From positions 1 to 51,994 of the forward strand of contig CAYTSP010000070.1 of the NCBI GenBank assembly GCA_964440505.1: 51,994 nucleotides of DNA, in the 5' to 3' direction. This document shows, in pieces, positions 46,973 to 51,994 of this stretch. The position numbers and the translations under genes were made by a program. Numbering within the stretch: the first letter of the stretch is position 1; every line of letters starts with the position of its first letter. The stretch comes from an uncultured Nitrospinaceae bacterium. Its GTDB lineage: Bacteria; UBA8248. The notes under the pieces were generated by a model. The model saw only the letters and a program-made list of their open reading frames with translations, did no database searches and was not told where the DNA came from.

Positions 46973-48508
46973 CATTCGGGAGCTCCGTCTGGAGCGGAAC
47001 AACAAAACCGCCGCCACGGAAAAGAAAACACAGATATAGGCAAACATATCCCCTATCCGCGCATAAATGCTGGGGCCGCCTTTTTTCAGGGAAATGACAT
47101 CTGCGTGTATCCAGTCCTCGAAAAGGGGGCTTCTTACCCGAATCGCTCCGGTGGGATCGATGAGCGCGCTGATGCCCGTATTGGCCGAGCGGACGATCGG
47201 CACCCTGAATTCCACCGCCCGGAACGCCACCATCGAGAGGTGCTGTTCGGAAGCCGCCGTTTCGCCGAACCACGCATCGTTCGTGATGTTTACGAGAAAT
47301 TGCACGTTCTTCATACGACGCACAACGCGGGGAAAAATGACTTCAAAACAAATCAAAACGCCAAATTTCCCCTTGGCAGCGTCAAATATCTCAGGCTTAT
47401 CCCCGGGCTTGAACGCCCCAATCACGGGCACGAGTTTTTTCACGAAAAACAACAACCTGGCGAGCGGGACATATTCGCCGAAGGGCAGCAGGTGCATCTT
47501 GTCGTACCGGCCGGTTTCCTTGCCGTCCGGGCCGAGGAGATAGGCCGAATTCGTCAATTTGGGGCCTTGTTTCACCTCACGCCTCCCGAGGACGCCGAAC
47601 AACAGATAGGAATCCGCATCCTTTGCGATTTGGTGGAGATATTTTCTTTCGGAAGCGTGGCGTTGGTAAACGAGGGGCGCCGCCGCCTCCGGCCAGACGA
47701 TGAGGGGGGGCTCGGTCGATTCAGCTTTCGGGAAACGCTCTCGCAAATCCTTCGTCAGCTTCCCCATCTTCTCGAGAATGCCCTTTCGCCACTTGGGGGA
47801 CCATTTCACGGACTGATCGACGTTGCCCTGAACGATGCCGACCGCGCGCGTCTCGCCTCGCGTTTCGATGGGTACTTCATGGAGCCGCAGATAGCCATAA
47901 CCCCAAACGAACGCCGCCACGAGCGAAACGACGATGACGAGCGCATAGGGTGCCTTTCGGGGAAAACGGAAGAAATGCCAGATCGCCGCGTTGACGAACA
48001 CGATGAAGAACGAAACGCCGTACACGCCCACCAGATCGGCGATCTGGATGACGTACAGGTAGCGGTACTGGCTATAGCCCAGCAGCGCCCACGGAAAGCC
48101 GGACATGAAATAGGCGCGCACGAGTTCAAGCGTTACCCACAGCGGCGCCGCCATGAGAAAAGTGAGAACGGAGCCTCCCGCATGGATGCGCACCATGAAA
48201 AATGCGAACAGCGCCGGGTAGAGCGCCAGGTAGAGCGCGAGTACGGCGGTAATCAGCCATGCGAGCGACGCCGGCAGTCCCCCGTAGGTGGCCATCGAAA
48301 TCTTCACCCACCATATGATGATTCCGAAAGAAACCAGGCCGCTCACCAGCCCCAGCATGAACGCATGGTGCGGTTTCTTGCCTTCAAGCACCCAAAGGAG
48401 GGGAACGAGCGCGATCCAGGCCAGGATCTCGAACTGAAACGGCGGATACAAGGACCCCACCAAAAGGCCCGAGAAAATGGAATAGCCCAGGTCCTTCGCT
48501 TTCAACAT
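46970..48508 (-). CDS. lnt: Apolipoprotein N-acyltransferase
   Basis: GFPWALLGYSQ, VQGN, WPE, YDKMHLLPFGEY, ICFE, TNDAWFG, RSANTGIS (E-K-C triad). Confidence 0.95.
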   Translation of the reverse strand: MLKAKDLGYSIFSGLLVGSLYPPFQFEILAWIALVPLLWVLEGKKPHHAFMLGLVSGLVSFGIIIWWVKISMATYGGLPASLAWLITAVLALYLALYPALFAFFMVRIHAGGSVLTFLMAAPLWVTLELVRAYFMSGFPWALLGYSQYRYLYVIQIADLVGVYGVSFFIVFVNAAIWHFFRFPRKAPYALVIVVSLVAAFVWGYGYLRLHEVPIETRGETRAVGIVQGNVDQSVKWSPKWRKGILEKMGKLTKDLRERFPKAESTEPPLIVWPEAAAPLVYQRHASERKYLHQIAKDADSYLLFGVLGRREVKQGPKLTNSAYLLGPDGKETGRYDKMHLLPFGEYVPLARLLFFVKKLVPVIGAFKPGDKPEIFDAAKGKFGVLICFEVIFPRVVRRMKNVQFLVNITNDAWFGETAASEQHLSMVAFRAVEFRVPIVRSANTGISALIDPTGAIRVRSPLFEDWIHADVISLKKGGPSIYARIGDMFAYICVFFSVAAVLLFRSRRSSRM

Positions 48509-50415
48509 TCGCTCCCCGGGGAATCGCTCTTTACAGGTTCTTCGGTAAATGCGCCCTCGCCGCCTAGTTTTTCCCGCAAGGCGGCCACGAGTTTCGGCGT
48601 GATGCCCTCCACTTCCAGGAGCTTGGGATCACTCGCCTCCAAAACCCCCCGCAGGCTCCCGAAGATTCTCAGAAGCGCGCGCCTGCGCTTGGGGCCGAGA
48701 CCGGGCACATCATCGAGGCCGCTCTTGATTCCGGTGCGTCTGCGCCGCGCCCGGTGGAACGTCAGGACGAAGCGATGCACCTCGTCGCGGATTTTCTGGA
48801 GCATGAGCTTCGGCGCGCTCCCCTCCTGGAGCCTGATGGGGTCCGACTGACCGGGAAGAAAAATCACGTCTTGCGATTCGGGGTTCTCGGAACTCCTCCC
48901 CTTCGCAATCGCGCAGAGCGCCACATCCGCAAGCCCAAGTTCTTCCAAAGCCGAGGCAGCCGATGAGAGCTGCCCCTTCCCGCCGTCGATCAGCAGAAGA
49001 TCGGGCATCTCGCCGCCCTCGTTCACCAGGCGCTCCATGCGCCTGAAAACAATCTCGCGCATTGAGGAATAATCATCCGGCGATTCCGCCACGCTCCTCA
49101 CCTTGTAGCGGCGGTAGCCGTCCTTCAGCGGGCGCCCCTCCTGGAACATGACGCTGGCGCCGACGATGTTGCTTCCCTGCAGATTCGATACGTCGAACGC
49201 CTCTATGCGCACCGGCAACTCCTCGAGTCCAAGCGCATGGCGAATCTCTTCCAGCGTTTGCTGTTCCTTGCTGAGCTGGGCGTTTTCCTGCTCCTGGGCG
49301 TGCGATGCGTTCTCGCTCGCCATCTCGACCAGTCGGCGCTTGTTTCCCCGTCGGGGATGAAAAACGGACACCTTTTTGCCACGTCTTTCAGACAGCCAAT
49401 CTCCGATGAGCGAAGCATCGCCCACGGCGGAAGGCAGGAGCACCTCATCGGGGAAAAACGTCTTGCCTGCGTAATACTGCTTCACGAACGCGGATACGAC
49501 TTCTCCGTCGGGAACGCCTTCGCGGGCGGCCACATGGAATCCCTGGTCTCCCAGCAGCCTGCCGCCCCGAATGAAAAACAGGCGAAACGTCGCTTTCTCT
49601 TCCTCCCGGTGGCAGCCGAGCACATCCTGATCGCCCCCCTTCACCGAAAGCATGGTCTGCCGCTCGGTGACGTGCTCGATGCCTTGAATCTGATCCCTCA
49701 CCTTGGCGGCGGCTTCGTATTGCAATTCCCCGGAGTATTCCTGCATCTGCTTCCTGAGCCTTCGAACCAGCTCCCGGTTTTTTCCCTTCAGGAAATCCAG
49801 AGCGTCACCGACGCCGCTCCGATACGATTCGCGGCTTTGATAATCATCACACGGCCCCAGGCACTGGCCCATCTGAAAATAGATGCACCGCTTCGCCGTC
49901 TTGTCTTCCAGGCCGCCCGTGCAGGGCCTGATGTGAAACGTTTTTTGCAAGAAGCGAATCGTGCGCCTCAGGCTGCTCGCCGAGGGGAAGGGCCCCAGGT
50001 AGGAATCCCCGTCTCCCGCTGGGCGGCGAACGATGCTCAGGCGGGGGTAGTCCTCACTCGTGCTCAGCTTCATGTATGGGAAATGCTTGTCGTCGCGCAG
50101 GAGCACGTTGTGGCGGGGCTTGTGTTTTTTGACATAATTGCTCTCTAAAATGAGCGCCTCGATTTCATTGGCCGTCACGATGTGCTCAATCGTGGATGAT
50201 TCCTCCACCATCTTCTGGATCCAGGGACCCCGGCCCGCCCTTTTTGCGAAGTAGCTGCGCACCCTGCTTCTCAAGCGCAAGGCCTTGCCGACGTAGAGCA
50301 CGTCCCCCGCCCGGTTCCTGAAAATGTATATCCCCGGTTTTTCGGGCAAGGATTTCAAAAACGAGCGATCCTCGCCCAGGGAAACAGAGCTGGGGGAAAG
50401 GGCAGAATCGCTCAT
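48502..50415 (-). CDS. uvrC: Excinuclease ABC subunit C
   Basis: GIY-YIG (PGIYIF..YVGKA..LRSRV), LRDDKHFPY, UVR domain, RIEAFDVS, LLIDGGKGQ, IRDEVHRF, HhH motif. Confidence 0.96.
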   Translation of the reverse strand: MSDSALSPSSVSLGEDRSFLKSLPEKPGIYIFRNRAGDVLYVGKALRLRSRVRSYFAKRAGRGPWIQKMVEESSTIEHIVTANEIEALILESNYVKKHKPRHNVLLRDDKHFPYMKLSTSEDYPRLSIVRRPAGDGDSYLGPFPSASSLRRTIRFLQKTFHIRPCTGGLEDKTAKRCIYFQMGQCLGPCDDYQSRESYRSGVGDALDFLKGKNRELVRRLRKQMQEYSGELQYEAAAKVRDQIQGIEHVTERQTMLSVKGGDQDVLGCHREEEKATFRLFFIRGGRLLGDQGFHVAAREGVPDGEVVSAFVKQYYAGKTFFPDEVLLPSAVGDASLIGDWLSERRGKKVSVFHPRRGNKRRLVEMASENASHAQEQENAQLSKEQQTLEEIRHALGLEELPVRIEAFDVSNLQGSNIVGASVMFQEGRPLKDGYRRYKVRSVAESPDDYSSMREIVFRRMERLVNEGGEMPDLLLIDGGKGQLSSAASALEELGLADVALCAIAKGRSSENPESQDVIFLPGQSDPIRLQEGSAPKLMLQKIRDEVHRFVLTFHRARRRRTGIKSGLDDVPGLGPKRRRALLRIFGSLRGVLEASDPKLLEVEGITPKLVAALREKLGGEGAFTEEPVKSDSPGSEC

Positions 50416-51994
50416 GTCGCGATTCTGGAGGGCTTGAGGCCAAGCTGGCGACGCTCGATGGCGAGAATCTTGTCGCGAATCCCGGCGGCCTTTTCAAATT
50501 CAAGCTTCTGGGCCGCCTCGTGCATCCGGGCGCGAAGCTCATCGAGCGTCGCCGCGTCGAGTTCCGAGAATTCCGGCGCATCCACCTCATCCCACGGGTA
50601 GGCGTCGCCGTCACCCTGCACGGCGGTGGCTTCGAGGAGCTCGTCCATCCTGCGGCTGATGGAGCGGGGGACAACCCCGTTCGCCTCGTTGTAGGCGATC
50701 TGGATGCTCCTTCTTCTGTCCATCTCATCCAGCGAGCGGCGCATGCTGTCGGTGACGCGATCCGCATACATGATGACCCGGCCGTTTATGTGCCTCGCCG
50801 CGCGGCCCGAAGTCTGGATCAGGGAAGTTTCCGAGCGCAGGAAACCCTCCTTGTCCGCATCGAATATGGCGACGAGAGCGACTTCGGGCAAATCCAGCCC
50901 TTCCCGCAGCAGATTGATGCCGATCAGCACGTCAAAAACGCCCGAGCGCAGGTCGCGGATGATCCGCACCCGCTCGAGCGCGTCGATGTCGCTGTGCATG
51001 TAACGAACCCTGACTCCCAAATCCTCATAGTATTCCGTCAAATCCTCGGAGAATCTCTTCGTCAGGGTGGTGACGAGCACGCGATCCTCCATCGCCGCCA
51101 CCTTGCGCACTTCGGCCAGCAGGTCATCCACCTGCCCCTGCACAGGCCGGACCTCCACCGGGGGGTCGACCAGGCCGGTGGGCCTCAGCAACTGCTCCAC
51201 CACGACGCCTTCGCTTTTCTCCAGTTCATAAGGTCCGGGAGTCGCCGAAACGTAGATCGTGTTCTTGAGATTCGCCTCGAACTCTTTCATTTCAAGCGGG
51301 CGATTATCCAAAGCCGACGGCAGCCTGAAGCCATACGACACCAGGGTTTCCTTGCGCGAGCGGTCGCCCCGGTACATTCCCCTGAGCTGGGGAATGCTCT
51401 GGTGGCTCTCGTCTATCACCACCAGGTGATCCCGGGAAAAATACGAGAACAGGGTCGCGGGCGGCTCGCCCGTCAAGCGCCCGTCGAGATGCAGACTGTA
51501 GTTCTCCACCCCGTGGCAGTAGCCGACCTCCCGGAGCATCTCGATGTCCTGCAAGGTTCGCTGCTGAAGGCGCTGCGCTTCATAAGACTTGCCTTGCGCA
51601 TTGAGCTCCGCCACGTGCTCCCACAATTCCTTCTGAATGGCTTCGATGGCGGTCGAGAGCCTCTCCTCGGGGGTGATGTAGTGGCTGTTGGGATAAATCT
51701 CCACCCGATCGAGTTTTCTCAAAGCGACTCCCCGCAACGGTTCTATCTCCGTGATGCCGTCGATTTCTTCTCCAAAGAATTCGACGCGAATCGCCTGTTC
51801 TTCTTCGTGGGCGGGTATTATTTCGACGACGTCCCCGCGCGCGCGAAAAGAAGCGCGGCGCAAAGCCGCATCCGAACGCCGGTACTGAATCCTCACCAGC
51901 TGCGTGAGCAATTCCTCACGGTCCATCTCCATGCCGACGGAAATATCGATGTGCAGATCGAAATAATCGGCCGGCGAGCCCAGCCCGTAGATGG
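50412..51994 (-). CDS. uvrB: Excinuclease ABC subunit B (5' part outside the window)
   Basis: Frame open to the edge (IYGLGSP...), DESH, GFRLPSALDNRPL, SATPG, GINLLREGLD, QTSGRAAR, C-terminal UVR LEFEKAAGIRD. Confidence 0.97.
   Translation of the reverse strand, partial: IYGLGSPADYFDLHIDISVGMEMDREELLTQLVRIQYRRSDAALRRASFRARGDVVEIIPAHEEEQAIRVEFFGEEIDGITEIEPLRGVALRKLDRVEIYPNSHYITPEERLSTAIEAIQKELWEHVAELNAQGKSYEAQRLQQRTLQDIEMLREVGYCHGVENYSLHLDGRLTGEPPATLFSYFSRDHLVVIDESHQSIPQLRGMYRGDRSRKETLVSYGFRLPSALDNRPLEMKEFEANLKNTIYVSATPGPYELEKSEGVVVEQLLRPTGLVDPPVEVRPVQGQVDDLLAEVRKVAAMEDRVLVTTLTKRFSEDLTEYYEDLGVRVRYMHSDIDALERVRIIRDLRSGVFDVLIGINLLREGLDLPEVALVAIFDADKEGFLRSETSLIQTSGRAARHINGRVIMYADRVTDSMRRSLDEMDRRRSIQIAYNEANGVVPRSISRRMDELLEATAVQGDGDAYPWDEVDAPEFSELDAATLDELRARMHEAAQKLEFEKAAGIRDKILAIERRQLGLKPSRIAT

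Noticed and set aside
46937-50148. Long plus-strand ORFs (637 aa and 303 aa) antisense to lnt and uvrC
   Set aside because: Antisense shadows in GC-rich coding DNA with Arg/His-rich, non-protein-like composition.
1-51994. CRISPR arrays, tRNA/rRNA/tmRNA, tRNA-Sec, IS elements, integrases, prophage or defence genes
   Set aside because: No spaced direct repeats, cloverleaf/T-loop signatures in intergenic gaps, or transposase/integrase motifs seen. Intergenic spaces are short and mostly explained. Not checked computationally.

Overview
Bacterial chromosomal segment from a diderm, LPS-producing organism using the standard code 11. The lolCDE-clpC-bamA-lpxI synteny suggests a non-gammaproteobacterial lineage such as Nitrospinota/Tectomicrobia/Nitrospirota/Acidobacteria-like taxa (inference only). 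Part 1 (~1-15 kb) is an accessory catabolic/redox region: VOC protein, Tat-exported intradiol-dioxygenase-like protein, Fe-S/CCG protein, TcuA-like flavoprotein, OsmC-like protein, two D-2-hydroxyacid dehydrogenases, an aquaporin, an Fe3+/polyamine-class ABC importer, an MFS transporter and an amidohydrolase. Part 2 (~15-52 kb) is housekeeping: dapA, a D,D-carboxypeptidase and a large envelope supercluster (uvrB-uvrC-lnt-prfB-lysS-lolC/E-lolD-clpC-bamA-skp-lpxD-fabZ-lpxA-gnnA-like-lpxI-lpxB-DUF374-waaA-lpxK, then oppositely oriented lptFG, then waaF-gmhB-hldA-waaC-Trm112-GT2-msbA-waaL). The ORF track misses two recoding events. (1) Two split ORFs at 4991-5569 (-) form one 192-aa OsmC-family gene with an in-frame UGA at the catalytic Cys position and a SECIS-like hairpin just downstream, i.e. 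a probable selenoprotein. (2) prfB carries the classic CTT-TGA-C +1 frameshift. Other points of interest: an aquaporin with a plant TIP/AQP8-like H-I-A-R filter near the Sec-OsmC gene, two small overlap-coupled ORFs inside the LPS operon (one may be an hldC remnant), a gnnA-like gene without gnnB beside a divergent LpxA, and a TcuA without TcuB. No rRNA, tRNA, CRISPR array or mobile element was recognised.
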